This document shows, piece by piece, positions 28,284-51,020 of a stretch of 64,000 nucleotides of DNA (positions are counted from its first letter, which is position 1; each line of letters opens with the position of its first letter). The DNA lies in the NCBI RefSeq assembly GCF_009914755.1, contig NC_060937.1; one strand, written 5' to 3'. Source of the DNA: the human T2T-CHM13v2.0 reference genome, Homo sapiens. The position numbers and the translations under genes were made by a program. The notes beneath the pieces were generated by a model. It was given only the letters and a program-made list of their open reading frames with translations, made no database searches and was not told the origin of the DNA.

Positions 28284-29094
28284 ATCAAGAGACTTCAGCA
28301 ATAAACTGGGAAATAATAGCAGTCATCCTTAGGTGAAGTGGAATCAACATCCCAATTTAGCAGACAAAGGCATCACAGAACCTTGATTGAAATGTGGGGT
28401 ATGGGGAAGAATCACCAAGTAAAACAAACAAACAAACAAACAAACTTCAGAGCAGAATGCATTTAATTTAAATACCTCAGCAGAAACAGAGATAGGAAAT
28501 TGCTGGGTTGCTTTTCCTTATCTTTGGCTGGGAATGTTTTAGGGTGTACTGAGGGGTGGGGGAAGAATTTGTAACTTGACCATTTTCTCCATTTATGTTA
28601 GATGTCAGACTTTTAGGATGTCCTCCTGGAGACATAGCAATCTGTGTGACTCTAATATGTTACCTACTGGTTCTTACAAAGTACTTAGTAATCATGTATT
28701 CCAGTAATGAATGAATGAATGAAAAAAGAAAAAAATGAAGCACTAGTAATTTCCACTGTTGAAAAGTGGCTGTCCTTCCTTGAATCTAGTGAAAGATTAC
28801 TTAATGCATGAAATGTACCTGCAGAAAGATACCAATTTATGTGGATACAGTGCCAGGCACTCTATATAGAATAGTATTCAAAATGTGTTTCATCCAATGT
28901 TTTGTTATTTTCTAAATGCAGAGCACTGGGACCTGAAGGCTCACCTACACTTCTCACATTGTTTTAAGAATAAAGCCTAACAAGTTGTGGCTTTGCCTAA
29001 TATCTAGCCTTTGCCAATGGAGCTCTCCATCAGTGTTTCTTCTTTCCTGACAGCCTGGCAGTTTCTAGGACACTTGCAAGAGAACTTTCTGAAA

Positions 29095-29310
29095 GATAGC
29101 ATAGCATCGCAGTTAAGAGCAGGAACTCTAGAGCCAAAGTGCAGGGGTTAGAATCTTCCTTCAGCAATTTATTTACTGGGCTAGTTACTTAACATGCTTC
29201 ACTTTTCTCATCTTTAAAATGGGAATAATAATACCTCTTCATGGTGTTGTAATGAGAATTAAATAAAGTGAATATAAAGACATTAGAAGTATACTTGGCC
29301 TCTAATCTAT
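29095..29310 (+). mobile_element. MIR SINE
   Basis: Core 'gggctagttacttaac...ttttctcatctttaaaatgggaataataatacc'. Confidence 0.8.
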
Positions 29311-31063
29311 ACTTAATAATATGAAATTAATTGTAACTACATATGCATTTATAAAATAAATAAAATAATGCAAGTAAACAGGGCATTAGTCCAGTCTGGA
29401 AGTTTTAGATAGACAACAAGTAAGTAGTGACAACAGAAAGTCATGAAATTCAAAGGGTAGAAAAGGGAAGGTGGAATGCAGTGTGAAAAGAAAATTGTTC
29501 TGTTGTATTTGGTTGAAGTATGGGATAGACTTGAGAATGTTTACAGGAGACTGAAAAGACCCAGAAGCAAGAGGGAACCTGAAGATAAAGATGACAAAAC
29601 CCAGGGAAGGTAGCAGAAGATGAGATCAATGACATAGATGAAATGATTCAAACAGAAGCAGGGACTGATTATTGATGTAGTTCTTTTGTGCTCCATTATC
29701 CCATATATATGTTTAGAAACTATGAGCTATATTGGGTATCAAAACAGCACTGCTTATAGAAAGATGCCCTATATCACAAATGTTCACAAATTTTCCCTAC
29801 TTTGTATGCTATTAACTTGATGTTTAATCCATATGCCTGCTGTTTTGTGTGCTTGGAATGCCTTTTCTTTTAAATTTTGTCTTTCCCAAACAGATTTCTC
29901 AATTAAGTGACTATTCACCCATTGAAACAATTTCTAAGTCCAGGAGACTTCTTTTGCACTTCCAGAAACATAGTAAGCACAATAAAGTCTTCATTGTTCA
30001 CATTGTACTTATTCTCACTTCCTCAGTGCTATGTCATCACTTGATCCACACTACTAGCTAATAGCATCCCAAGGAAATGAAAATCCTAACAGAACAGGCA
30101 CTATGTCCATTTAGTCTACCTCTCAGATTATAGTGTAGTTTCATGAATTATAAATGAACTTACATTCAATTTGATAATGGTGATGGCCAATCATCTTTAT
30201 GTAGGAAAGCTCTTAAAACTGCCTTAAAGTAAGCAGGGCACAATTTAGCATGAACTAAATTGGCAGAATATCTAGAAACTTCTACCGAAAGAGATATTAA
30301 TTTAGGAAATCTTCTATGATCTTTGAATCCTACATTCAAATGCCCAGACTGCTATTTGAAATCATTCTGGATATTTAGGTAATCTGGCTTTAGAACCAAC
30401 AAACTAAAACTGTGGTAAATAGAGTCTCTTGGTATATATAAGAAAATTAAAGTACCTGGCCCAAATCAAAGTACCTGGCCACCCTCAGGGCAAGCTCATG
30501 TTTTTGTAATAACATGAGTTTCACTTTAAAAGAGAAAAAAAACTTCCAAGGCATGTGTCGGTGTTTAGTTACTGTCACAAGTTTGTGTATCTCTTTTTCA
30601 GGAAGATGAGAAAATGAGCTTGAAAAACTACTTTGGGTATGGTATTATCAAAGAGGAACTTTAGTTGAGCTTTGAGATTCCCATTAAGCCTACAAGAGAG
30701 AATGAGTAAAACCATGTTCTGACTTTGTGACTTTAACCATTACTAATCATCAAAACACGGTGAAAAATGATTTCAAGATCAAAGCAAAACACAGCAACTT
30801 CAAAGACAGATGGAGAGCTCAGTGCTGAGAAAGCAGGGTCCTCAAAATGTAACCCCCATTAGAAGGCTGTAGAAAGTCAGGTAAACAAGACCTGGATCTG
30901 AAATAGACCTCTCTGAGAACATCTGCAGCAACCTACCAAGTTTGTAAGTGTTTCTCATAATTTTTAGTTACTTTCACAATCACTTTCTGCTCCATTCCAT
31001 AGATGAAATCCAAGGGTGCTTTGTGAATTGAGTAAGCTAGCTACACTTCTCTAAACAGAATGA

Positions 31064-31191
31064 TAAGGTGATCATATAATTCACCATTTAAACTTGAAAA
31101 TTTTAAGAGAGAAAGAAGTTGCTATTAATTTTACCTTGAAATAGTGTTAATTTGGTAATTCCCAAGCAAATGCAAAAGTGTGCTCATCCTA
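31064..31191. mobile_element. MER81-like hAT-Blackjack MITE
   Basis: Degenerate TIRs 'taaggtgatcata' and 'tgtgctcatccta'; internal 'gagagaaagaagttgctattaat'. Confidence 0.6.
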
Positions 31192-34129
31192 CCATAACAC
31201 TGTTCCAAAACCCCATTTAAGATAAAATGTTGTTCCCTTGGTCTTTAATTAACATCTCTTTCTTTTGAAATCTCACTCATGCTTCAGCCATTTCCTTTCA
31301 TGTGTCTCTCATTGGCCAGTGCTGATAATCACAAATATAAATGGTCTAGTGATTTTATATTATGAAAACACTTCATATCAACCTCAAGATATACTTTATT
31401 TTCAACAACAACAAAAAATAATTTTCAAATGTTAACACTCTTACCATATTTAAAAAAAAATCCTGATGGAAAAATTAGTGTGTCTTATTTCATTACTCAT
31501 TCAATAATATTTTGGAGACTTGCCTATGGAGACCATTTTATTCACCATACCTTAATTCTAATATCAATTTTTTAAAATGCCCAATAAAGAATAATCAATA
31601 ACTATAAAAATGGCTATAATTTTAGCTATTTTTAACATTATTTAAATATCACAGAGATGCTAAAAAGTAGAAAAAAATCTTTAATGTACCATTTTAAACA
31701 TAACTTTTGTGTATATTTTTGTTTTTTATAGTTCTATAGGATTGTGCATATCTATTCATCTTTAATCCATTTATCTATTCATTTTCTATAGCAAAATATG
31801 TATATAATTATAACCAAAGTGTATATCAAAAGTTTATCCAGTTTGCATTTATTTCTGTGCTGTTACCCAATCTATATAATTATAACTTGAGAATACGAGG
31901 ATAAATTTAGTTTGAATTGTGCCCTAATTTAATTAAACATACTCCTCAACAGTAATTTTAATTTTTACTGTGTTATTACTGAAATAAATATTTTAATACT
32001 TACAGCTTTTTCTGAAAAGAAAGATTTAAAATGTATGTACCCAATTGCAAGCTTGCTGGGCCACTTGGTAAAAGTGAAAAAAGTAAAAGAAACAGTTGTC
32101 TTTGAAGAAGAGGTATATGAACCAATAGTGTCCAAGCAAATTTAATTGTACCCTAAGTGACTTAGAAAAACACCTACTTTATATATATTTAACATGGATT
32201 AGTGTGGTTTAAATATATGTAATTCGGTTGTAAAGTCTGACTAATGAAAGATCATCTAATCTAATACTGAGTATCCTAGTTCAGCTGTCTTTATTATAAA
32301 CATAAGTATTTGATTTAGGAATCCTACAGCTTTAAGGTCTGGTTTGGTTCAATAGAAATAAATGGATACAGAGCAAAGCCATAGGTAAAATGGATAAGTT
32401 AGCAAATGAAAAGTGACAGTATTACTTGAGCATAAAATAAGTAGCACATTTTTAACCACAGTTCAGCATTAAGAAAGACAAACTGTTTATTCCAACTAAA
32501 ATATAACATATTAATGTCAGTGAGATGGTAAACTTGTTCCTCCTTTATATGCAAATAATTTTCTATTGCAATATTTGCATGTAAGCAATTTTATCAATAT
32601 TTTGTTGAAAATGGTGATTTATTATTTTGTTCTGGCTCTGATGCAGAGATAATTATATTTAAACCTATTTTTTTAGCCCACACTGTTTCTTCCTCCTCCC
32701 CAGCTTGTCTTCCTGTCTGTCACCTATTCATCTCTAGAGAGGTGCGCAAACAGCTGAAAAAGAAAGTAGAGAACCTTACTCTGTGACAATTGATTACAAA
32801 AGGATTTTGCCTATAAATCTCCCCTTATATGTTGAAATAATTCATTTTAAAAAAAGCAAAGTATAAAATAGACTTAAATTTGTTTCTAAGTAAAATATTT
32901 TGTGGTTACCTTAAGGGTACCATTCACAAAATCATAAATATTGTGTTACTAGTATTACTATTCACATTTTATTCACCAAGAGGAATCAAAGAAATATGGA
33001 AAGCAGAAGAGATATATTCAAGCTTACAAAGGCACATTGAAATCAGAAACATGGAACAGTAATGTTTAGTCATCTCTATCAAAAATTAATGAAAGCATTT
33101 AGCAGTACAGAATAGTTTTCTAGATAACAAAACATGAAAAAATTTAGTTGATTGAATTTATTTAGGAATGCTATCACAAAAGCCAAACACGCGCTCAAAT
33201 GTATTGTCATCAAATCCTGACCTTAATAAGCATTTCCAGTCTGCTCTTCAATCCAAATCCTATGTTATTTGCTTTACTGATCTGGCCATCTTTCCCTGAA
33301 CAAATGTGAACTATCTTACTCATGAACAACTGGAAGTTCATGAAATCAATTAACATGTCTTACCCCTGCTCAAATATCTCCCTCTTCGAATTCTTCTCTG
33401 TTTATGAAAATTCCCATAATTCAAGGAAGACTCTCCCTCAAACATAATTAACAGTTTCATTATAAACATAATCCACACAAAATTTTCTCAGCACCATTGC
33501 CTAGCCTGCAAACCAGGATTCTGTGATTCAAGTCTACAGTAGCACAAAATAATGTTCATCCTGTGTAGTACGAGGAAGATTTCTGAAGAAATTATATTAG
33601 CTAATATTTGTATTAAGGTTAAATTTTACTAAATAACTAATATTTTAAGAAAAATGCGATAAGCTAGATTAGATATATCTCTTTAAGTATGTGTTGGAGT
33701 CCTAACATTTTTTTCAATAGAGAGAATGAATTCAATTCAATTCACAATATATCTTTTAAGTAATTATTATATTCATAGTTTTATGCTAGACTTATTATTA
33801 CAAAGATGAATGCATATATTGTAAAATAACCCACTTCAATGCAATAATGTTTCTTATATTTAAATTACATGTTTTAAATATAACCAGATGATGAGGCAAT
33901 TCTTTGATAAGGAAATTAAGTACATTTCTTACAGAAGAGGTGACACAAAGTTGAACCTTACACTAACGAGTAAATAAATTTGGTGTGCATGCATAGAAAA
34001 TATATAGAAGAGCAACAGTAACTGGGTAGATTTAACAATGTCCAACTACAGATCCTTCCACTAGAAGAATACCACTAAGACAACCCCGTTTCAAACATAA
34101 TGTGGTATATCTGTTTACAGTATTTCTGC

Positions 34130-34220
34130 ATTTTTTAAAGAGAGACTGAGTCTCACTGTCACACAGGCTGGAGTGCAAGGGTGTGATCATGTCTCACTAG
34201 AGCCTCCAACTCCTGAGATC
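34130..34220 (-). mobile_element. Alu/FLAM fragment
   Basis: 'gagtctcactgtcacacaggctggagtgcaagggtgtgatcatg...cctccaactcctg'. Confidence 0.75.
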
Positions 34221-34553
34221 TGCTTTTTATCAAATTAAAACATTGTCATTCATTTTTTTTGTTTAAATATCTCATTTTGAAAAAATTATTGTGTTCTCAT
34301 TTATATTTCTTACATATTAGGACCATCTGCTGACTATATGAATATAGTTCCAATTTTACAAGTAGTCAATAAAAGTGATTGAAGTTTCAAAATGTATATC
34401 TTGAGAAAACATCTAATATTTTTATTGATAAAAACCATTGTGAAATGCAAGTTTCAAACTCTCAATCTAATCCATGGTAAGAATTTTTTAAGAGCAGTTG
34501 CACTTAAAAGTTTTTAACAAAATTTGAAACACCTATTAGAAATAAAAATAATC

Positions 34554-34880
<327 letters not shown>

Positions 34881-37800
34881 AAGTAATCAATAAGTATTTT
34901 AAAGATTTTACTTGTTTCCAAGGCTTAGAAAAAATAGAACCAACACTAATAATATGAAGTTATGCCTAAATTGTTTTAACATCAGATACAGGCAGATTCG
35001 GAGCAAGTGTGTTTTAACACGTAATCACTAAATAACAAGGCAATGAAGTCAATTTATCATTTGCATAGTTTAGAGAATATCATAGATCGAAATATATTGC
35101 AATTGAAAATAAATCAAGAACCAGAAAAGAATTGAAAAATAGTTAAATTGAATTTAAATTTTGGCAAGGAAATGGACTCAAATCCTCAGAGAAATACCCT
35201 TCTTTAAATGTAAAACATAGCCTATAAAAGTCACATTCCCCAATGACATCATCTTAATTGAAGAGATAGCATTCAAGCCCTCAGAGCTATAGCTTTCAGA
35301 GCTCTGCAACAGGCAAGAATGACCTTAAATGAATAGGATTTTTTTTTTCAGTTACTACAGCTGAATGCATCTGAAATAGGGAATTCATGCATTTCACTCC
35401 ACTATGGAAATCATCACATAAATGAGATAGTGAAATTTTCAGCTTATATATAGCAAGAAATTATGTCATTTACAATGATGGTATAATTTACATCTTGTAT
35501 ATTTTTTCATCTTGATTTACATTTTCCAAAAAGATTTTAGTGGTTATAATATTATAACTCTTTTAAAAAATAAAAGTCTGTTGGAACATCATTTAAAATA
35601 TGCATTAAAAATAGGGTTTGAAATGGCTTAAAATAGCAGTAAAGCCAAGATATCAAAATACAGGTGTAGAAGGAATAGCCCAGCATTTATTTGCTAAATT
35701 CAGGGCAAGTCAGCCCCAGGCTAAAGTCATTCTGTGCCAAATTCTACATCATTAAAATAATAATAATAGCAGATATTATTGTTTATATCATTTTAAGTGC
35801 CACTACTTGTAGGGTAATCCGCTGGCAGTGGATAAAATATAAAGCTATTAAAACAAAACACAATTCATTCTGAGGCACCTAAAGGTCAAAGGAAAAGATG
35901 CAGTATGCAAGAGAACCTTTGTTTAATGTTAGAGAACCTCAGCCCCATCATAGCTAATATTGCTGCTTCTCTTTCTTAAACTGTCTAAGTGGGCTTTTTC
36001 TTTATCATTTGGTTACTTAAATAACCTATGATCCTTGTTTGTATTAATTTGTTTTATGAGTGACTGCCTTTTCTTTTCAAGTGAATTGTAAGTTTCCAAG
36101 AAACAATGTCCACAGCTCATATTTCATTTGATCCATTGTCAAGTCTAGCACATGCACAAATGCCTCTGCCTCCTCAATGCTTCTTGCATAAAATTCAGTT
36201 GGTTCATTTACCGGCGACAGAACTTGCCTCCTAACTGGGCAATGCATTACAGAAAACACAGATGCTGGTCCTTGTTTAATTCCTACACTTAGCTCATTCC
36301 CTGGTACAGAAAATGTTTAATAGATAAATGAATTAATCTGGCATTCTCTTCACTGCTCATCTGAGTTAAAATTATCACTGAAAGGAAACGGTTTATTTCA
36401 CAAGGCAGCGTACATTTTGTTTCCTGTTAAAATTTTATTAACCTTTAGCCCAAATCTTTTGTCCTGTTTATTGTACACATTTTTTTCTTGCTTTGTACTC
36501 TCAGCTTAAAGGAAATAGTCTAATTTCCCCTAATGTTTAGGTAGCATTTTACCACCTATAGGACTCCTGGCTATTCCAAGAATTGGGATTTACCCCAAAT
36601 ATTTTTCATGTTTTAGAAAACACATTTATCACAATTATCTTTTTTGTTATAATTACATTATTTCAAAAATGCATACAGCACATGGTTGCCTATGTGTGCC
36701 AATCTATATAATTTAACGGTTCATCATGATAAACAAACCCACACACAGACTGTTCAACAAAATGCTTTCATTAGTTATTAAAATTTTTAAGAGACTTAAA
36801 AACATACAATTCAGATTCTCTAATGAAGTAATGTAAGTAGAGGAAGCTGAGGTCTGACAAATTAACTGGGTAATTGCTTCTTTTTTTGTAATTTATATTA
36901 ATATGGATAAAACATTACAAAAGAACTATTTGTTCAAAATATTATAATACAAAAACGTTTAATATCAATTATTAATAAATAGCATGACTTATGTGGTCTA
37001 TTTCATATATAGAATTATTTAATTTCAGAGTATTTCAGAGAAGAATAAATCTCATTTTGTTTTTAAAAGTATATTATAGATGAGTTGAATGGAGATTCCA
37101 AATGGCTAAAGGGAAATAGAGCCAAAGATGTGAGGGATAATATGCGGGGTTTTTTGTGTTGTACTTAGCCACTGCATGTTTATTTGCGCATTCACAGACT
37201 CTCTGACAATCCTGGAGATTAGGAATGTGGCAAAAACCTAGTCCAGGTGTCACTGTAAGTCTCAAACTTTCTTTTTTATGGGATTACTTCCAGTTCTTTT
37301 TATATGCAAAGAATTATGAAGCAATTTGTCGCAGAACTCTATTGGTGTTTGCCCATGAGAGGATATGTCTAAGACGTGGCATCAATTTTGGTCATGAAAG
37401 AGTCAGGTATACAACTGGTCAGGTGAAGTACTTATGATTACAACTTCTCATGTAGTCAATTCTTTATGATCCTTCAGCTGCAGGCTTGACTTGTTTAAGG
37501 TTATTTTTGGTAAAACCAATATTTTAAAACTTAACCTCAAAAAATGAAAATGCCTATAATATACTGACAATATAATTATTCTTTAAAGAAATCTATACAT
37601 GAGAATTTAAAATTGGATAAATTAGAAGATGGATTCACTGCACATGGGTCATAGGAAGCTTTTCTTATTTATTGTTTTGTAATACTGAGAAACATAATAA
37701 AAGTATTTTTGTAGCACATTTTATTGCAAAAACTTTTGAATTTTTATATAACAGCAAAAAGGTCCCTATTGGTAGGTTAACATTCCCCTTTGTAGTTGTG

Positions 37801-38898
37801 CTGATATTATAATAGCATACCTACACTTGGATATGGAACCAAAAAACTTAGCTATAGAACCAAACATAGCTATGCTCTATCCTTGATTTTTTGAGTAATA
37901 ATAAATATATAAATGTGTTTGTGGTAAATAAAGTTAGAGCTCTTATTTTATGAGATAAACAAACTTGATTTGGCTATTGGTATTTGTTTTCACATAGTTT
38001 CTGTTCAATTCAAGTAACCCACATTTTCATTGGAAAATCTATTGAGAAGGTATTGGGAAATCGATTCCATTGTACCTGGATTTTTCTGAATTTATGAGAC
38101 TTATTAGCACTTTGCATAATGCACTAAGCTTTGGTGATTACCCTATAATAGACAAAGGTCATGTCCAAGATAGTCTTTGTTTTTTTTGTATCTTTGGGCA
38201 CCATTCAATATTTTTAGGTACACATTGATAATACTTCTGGGAAAAGCTCATAATATTTAGTTATTTTACAATATCTTCAATCATTCATATCAAGGAGATA
38301 TATTGTGGCTATGAAGCTCAGTTCTTACATGGTTTTTAATTTGTCAGTAATTGTTTATGACCTCTGGGAAGGAAACTTCTATCCTTGTCTAATTCAAAAG
38401 ACTAATCATAGTCAGGACTGTAGAATGAGAAAAGTAAATAGGTTCAGAGCAATTCACAGAAGTCCAGAATTTCCAAATATATTCAGTGTAGCTTACACAG
38501 TTTGTGGGAAGTGTAAAGTTTATTACTGTAAAGTGCTTTAGAATTATCTAAGAAACGTGGCTCAAAAGCAGGTAAAGTTACTTGGTTCTGAGTCAAGATT
38601 CCCCCTCACCCTGCCAACCTTAATGTTATTACTTGATTTGTTTAATATATTGGCTCATGCACATATTTTTGAAAATAGTGTCCTGCTGCTAATGACATAT
38701 GAAAGCTACCATTAACATTTCCTCCTCATTTAATTGGTCACCAAACTCAGACTCACTAAGATCACCCAAGATTATATAAATGTAACTAGAGATGTCAGAG
38801 ATGGGAAACACTGTGGTCTCTTTACTTTGTTTCCGTCCTCCTACTTTGTCTTTAATTAGTCAGAGAACATTCTTACAAGTGAGATTTCAGCCTATATA

Positions 38899-39652
38899 TG
38901 ATATGGAGAGGAGTCAGGGAAACACTGGGCAAAGGAAGGTGGTTCCCCAGCAAAGGCTCCACCCTCAACCCTGGAAACCTGCGGCCCTAAATGAGAATAG
39001 GCATTCCTGTTTTCATGCCTAAAAGTTGCTTTTTGGCTCACCACCCCCTACTATCCTGTGCTCATATAAACCCCAGACTCCAGAAGCAGATGAAGAGTCA
39101 AACAGAAGGGTAGAAGAATGGCAGAATGGCACAGCAGAGAAGGAGAGAAGAGGAGTTTCTGAACACCGAGAGGAATTCAGCTGGGGGCGGTTGAAGAGGA
39201 GACAGGCCACTGGACGGCCGTACTCCAGGGGAAGATCATATTCCCACTCCATCCCCTTTCCAGCTCCCCATCCACTCTGCTGAGAGCCACCTCCACCCCG
39301 CATTCAAAAATCCTCAAGTATCTGTGTGACCCAATTCTTTCTGGATGCTGGACAAGGACCTGGGTACCAAGGGGGCACTAAGGTGGTTAACACTTAAGTG
39401 ATCCATGGATGGCAAGGCTAAAAGAGCAAACTGTAACACATGCCCCCTTTGGACTTTGGGAGTCACAGGATCCCACCCCTGGACACTGCCGTGAAGCTGG
39501 AGCCCAAGGGCACTCACCCTGGCTCCTCCTATACCTGCCCATCTGCGTGCTTCCACTCCCATAGGGGTTTGAGAGTGCACAGTGGCCGAATAGACAAGCC
39601 ACACCTCTTGTTGCATGTCCTGCAAGGGGGTTCAGGGAACTCTCCTATTTCA
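38899..39652 (+). mobile_element. MER50-type ERV1 solo LTR
   Basis: TG...CA ends; 'ggttccccagcaaaggctccaccctcaa...gcggccctaaatgagaataggcattcctgtttt'; TATA-like 'catataaacccc'; flanks tata/tatg. Confidence 0.85.
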
Positions 39653-39741
39653 TATGCAGTATTCATTAATTTGACAGACATAAACTATTGACCTAACACC
39701 AGTACCAATGCCATTTTATAGTGTGATCCAATTCAACTTAG

Positions 39742-40105
<364 letters not shown>

Positions 40106-40189
40106 TAAATACTCCCAGTCCCTGATTCCTGGGTACTTTGGCATCAAAATATAGGAAAAAGCATAATAACAAATTATTGTGTGAGTGAG

Positions 40190-40365
40190 GGCTGACTGTG
40201 GAGTGTAATTCCCAGATCAAGTATTATCACATTTTGCTATGTGACCTTGGGGAAGTTATGCAACCTTTTTATGCTTCAGTTTCTTTGTCCATAAACTGGA
40301 TATAAGGAACAGATGATTAATGTCTGTCAAGTACTTAGAATAATGCCTGGCACATAATAAACCTT
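40190..40365 (+). mobile_element. MIR SINE
   Basis: 'gctatgtgaccttggggaagtta...tcagtttctttgtccataaa...gcctggcacataataa'. Confidence 0.8.
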
Positions 40366-41280
40366 ATTAAAGTCTTTGTAAAATAAATAAGATTGCTTTT
40401 AAAAAGATAACACCGCTCTTAAAAATGGAAGCACAAGACACCACAATGCACACATTAAAAAAATGGCTACATAGCAATCGTATTTGTTGCTTGGGAGGAT
40501 TCGAAGTAAAGATTCTTAATGGATCTTTCAGAGCTTTTGTGCATAAAAGTGAAATACTCTGCCTCTACAGTCAATAATGTTCAAGAATGTATCTTCTTTC
40601 TCAGCTATGCATCTTGCTACAGTTAGTCTGGCCTCCTGCTCTGGGCTCCTGTGAAGTAATCTATTTGGGACCTTCCCAGAAGATTCATTAAGTTGTATTG
40701 AACCTGTCTGCTTTCCTAATGGGCAAGGCAAGGCATACCCAACACAAAACACCTGTGCTCTCAAGTTTGCACCAATTCTGTTTCTTTAGCCAATTCAAGG
40801 TTTCATTTATTATTTATAACATTCTGAATGTGTTGGGACCTAATTATTTCTGAAAGTACTTCATCCCCCACTCCATGTCATGTCAGTTGCAGCTGGCTGG
40901 AATCTTATCTATTCTTAGATTCGAATTTGAAGCAGGATATTCTCGGTGGAGAGCCCTTGCCTCCTGAACACACTCCCCTTAGTAATCTATCAACGTGCAA
41001 ATATGAGAGTGTTTAGGTCATGATTTATGATGCCCACAATCTTCTCAAAATTTGATTAATTTTGTTCATTTTTTCTAGGACAGAAAACAATAGTATATTT
41101 AATATCACTTAATATTAAATTGCAGAGAAGTTAATATATTGCACACTAATCATTTATTTTGAACCATGTAAGAGTATAACATTAATAATGAAAGGGGTAT
41201 TTACACATGAAAACAGAGTATGTCTACTCAGATACATTTCAATCCAGTTTCACAAGATTTTCTCAGCTCCTACTATCTGG

Positions 41281-41470
41281 AGCAATTTTTTGAAAATGGG
41301 TTCAAAGGACAATCTGGCATCAGAAATACCCATGAGCTTTTTCAGGAATGCAGAGACCTGGCTCAGTACAGACCCATTGATCAGTAATTCTGGAAGTGAG
41401 GCCCTAGAAATTAAAATTTTATCATATATCATAGGTGATTTCAATGTATTCCAATGTTTGAGCATCTCTG
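41281..41470. mobile_element. MER5 (hAT-Charlie) fossil
   Basis: 'gcatcagaaatacc...aatgcagagacctgg...ggccctagaaat...aggtgatttc...tttgagcatctctg'. Confidence 0.65.
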
Positions 41471-43019
41471 GTTCTCACGTACTGAAACCATTTATTTTCT
41501 CAGCTTCTTTATTTACTTTTTGTTTTAGCTTTCAGGCAGCTGCTGACCAGGCAGGGTGTGACTGGCAAATAGGACGGAACTGCTTCAATCCATATGTGTG
41601 TATTAATTTATCATCCCGACCACCTGCCAGTCACACAGTTGGCCTCTTTGCTAGGACTGAATACCACAGGGAGCAAAGGTGCAGACTTTGCTTAGGATTT
41701 AACTTGAAACACCAAAACAGCTGCCTAGGGAACTGATAATTCATGGGTTCTTTCTTGGCAGTCAGCACAGCATACCCCAGAGACCACTGGTGGCCTACAT
41801 TCAATTTAAAACCAAGAACATCTCCTTATTTTCAGCTTACTCCTTGACTTCATTTGGACGAATGAGTCTAACTTGACACACCTATTCCTTGACAAACTCT
41901 GGTGGCCTGAACCACAGATCTTCTGGCAGCACCACTGCTAATTGAGAAGCAGGGCTGCATCTGTTAACTACGCCAACTTTGTGTTCTCTGCTGGCTCCAT
42001 TTTCTCTTCCATCCTCTCCCAGTAGCTTTTTTTAAAGTGTTGTTCTTAACTCCCTTCTCCCTCTACACTCCCTGCCAAAGAGAATCAATCCCTTTTTATT
42101 GTTTCAACCAACAACTCCATGTTGGTGATCCTTAAATATTTATCTTTAACTCCAGTAGTTTTTTTTTTTAACACCTTTACCTACTTTCATTCACTATTGA
42201 CATTTTCCATTTCCATGTTCAATTGTAACCTCAACGAATGCTTTCCTTTACCTTCAAAAAATGGGATCAGAAATCTAGCCACTTCCATCAATGGCATTTC
42301 CACCTTCCTAGTTCCACAATTTAAGTTCATTAATCAATTTTCACTTCTTTAGTCTCAAATTAATCATGGAATTGATTCACTGCTACTTATAATACATTCT
42401 TTATAGGAATTTCAGAAATCCTGAGACCTTCTGGACAGAGAAAGTGCTTCACTCTAAAAGAGGTAACACACTGTGGTGGTGATAAGCAGGACTTGCGAAT
42501 GAGAAAGTTTGGTTCTCCAACATGTAATTGCTACAAAAATATAGGTGTATTTCTTGTTTTCTCTGATCCTCTGTTTTTCATAACAATATTAATTTGTTTA
42601 TTTTTTCCAATAAATATTGTTAGAATCTTACAAGTTTCATCAGCGTACTAGAATCTCAATCTACAATGGTGGCCAAAGTCTCTTCACTCAGGAGGAATAT
42701 AGATGAGCGGTTTATTATGATGAAAAATAATTTATTTTAAACAGTTGGCACAAAGTAAATGTTCTGAAAGTATCAATAACTTCTGTTTCCTCTAGAATCT
42801 GTTTTCTGATCTTTGGCTAATATCTCATATTTCAGTGGGCACTACTGTGTTTTTTCTTTCCTCATGGAAGCTTCTATATGCAACTTTCTTCATCTTGTTG
42901 GCTACATTCCACAAAGATGGACTGTAGAATGTGATTAGATTCCCCGGGTTCCCTGGTTCCTGATTTTCTTAGAGAAAATTTCTCAATTTATTTTATTCTA
43001 ATTCTTTTTCCTGAGAATT

Positions 43020-43703
43020 TATTAAATAATCTTGGTTAAAATGTGTATATATCTAAGGGGTGAAAGTGCAGTTTTGTTACATGGATATATTCCTTAAGGT
43101 TGAAGTACGAGTTTTTAGTGTAAACATCAACCAAATGATGTACATTGTACCCATTATGTAATTTTCATCCCTCTCCCCAAAACCCACCATCCCACCTTTC
43201 TGAGTCTTTATTGTCTATTTTCCACGTTCTATGTTCATGTGTACGCATTCTTTAGCTCCCACTTATAAGTGAGAGCATGTAATATTTGACTTTCTGTTTC
43301 TGAACTGTTTCACTTAAAATAATGGCCTCCAGTTCCATCCATGTTGCTGCAAAAGACATGATTTAATTCTTTTTCATTGCTGAATAATAGTATTCCATTG
43401 TATATTATTAGTATTCCGTGTGTGTGTATACATATATACACACACACACATATATAGGCATATATATGCATGTGTATACATACATATGTGCATATACATA
43501 TATGTGTGTATACATACATACATATATATGCATGTATGTGTGTATGCATATATGTGTGTGTATATATGTATGTATGTGTATCCATACCTTCACACACACC
43601 TCATTTCCTTTATCCAGTCATCCGTTGAGGGCACTTAGGTTGATCCTATCTTTACTATTGCAAATTGTACTGCAATAAACATACAAGTGCTAGGTATCTT
43701 TTT
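43020..43703 (-). mobile_element. L1PB4 3' end (left piece)
   Basis: 'aagtgcagttttgttacatggatatatt...tacattgtacccatta'; resumes at about 51021 after the L1PA16 insertion. Confidence 0.85.
43417..43598. repeat. Complex (TA/TG/CA)n purine-pyrimidine alternating repeat
   Basis: About 180 bp expanded at the usual 'gtgtatata' site of the L1PB4. Confidence 0.92.

Positions 43704-51020
<7,317 letters not shown>

Noticed and set aside
41188-41736. 182-aa ORF as a host gene
   Set aside because: It runs through a MER5 fossil and a polypyrimidine tract, with no recognisable domain.
43310-43678. Overlapping His/Tyr/Cys-rich ORFs
   Set aside because: Translations of the (TA/TG/CA)n repeat.
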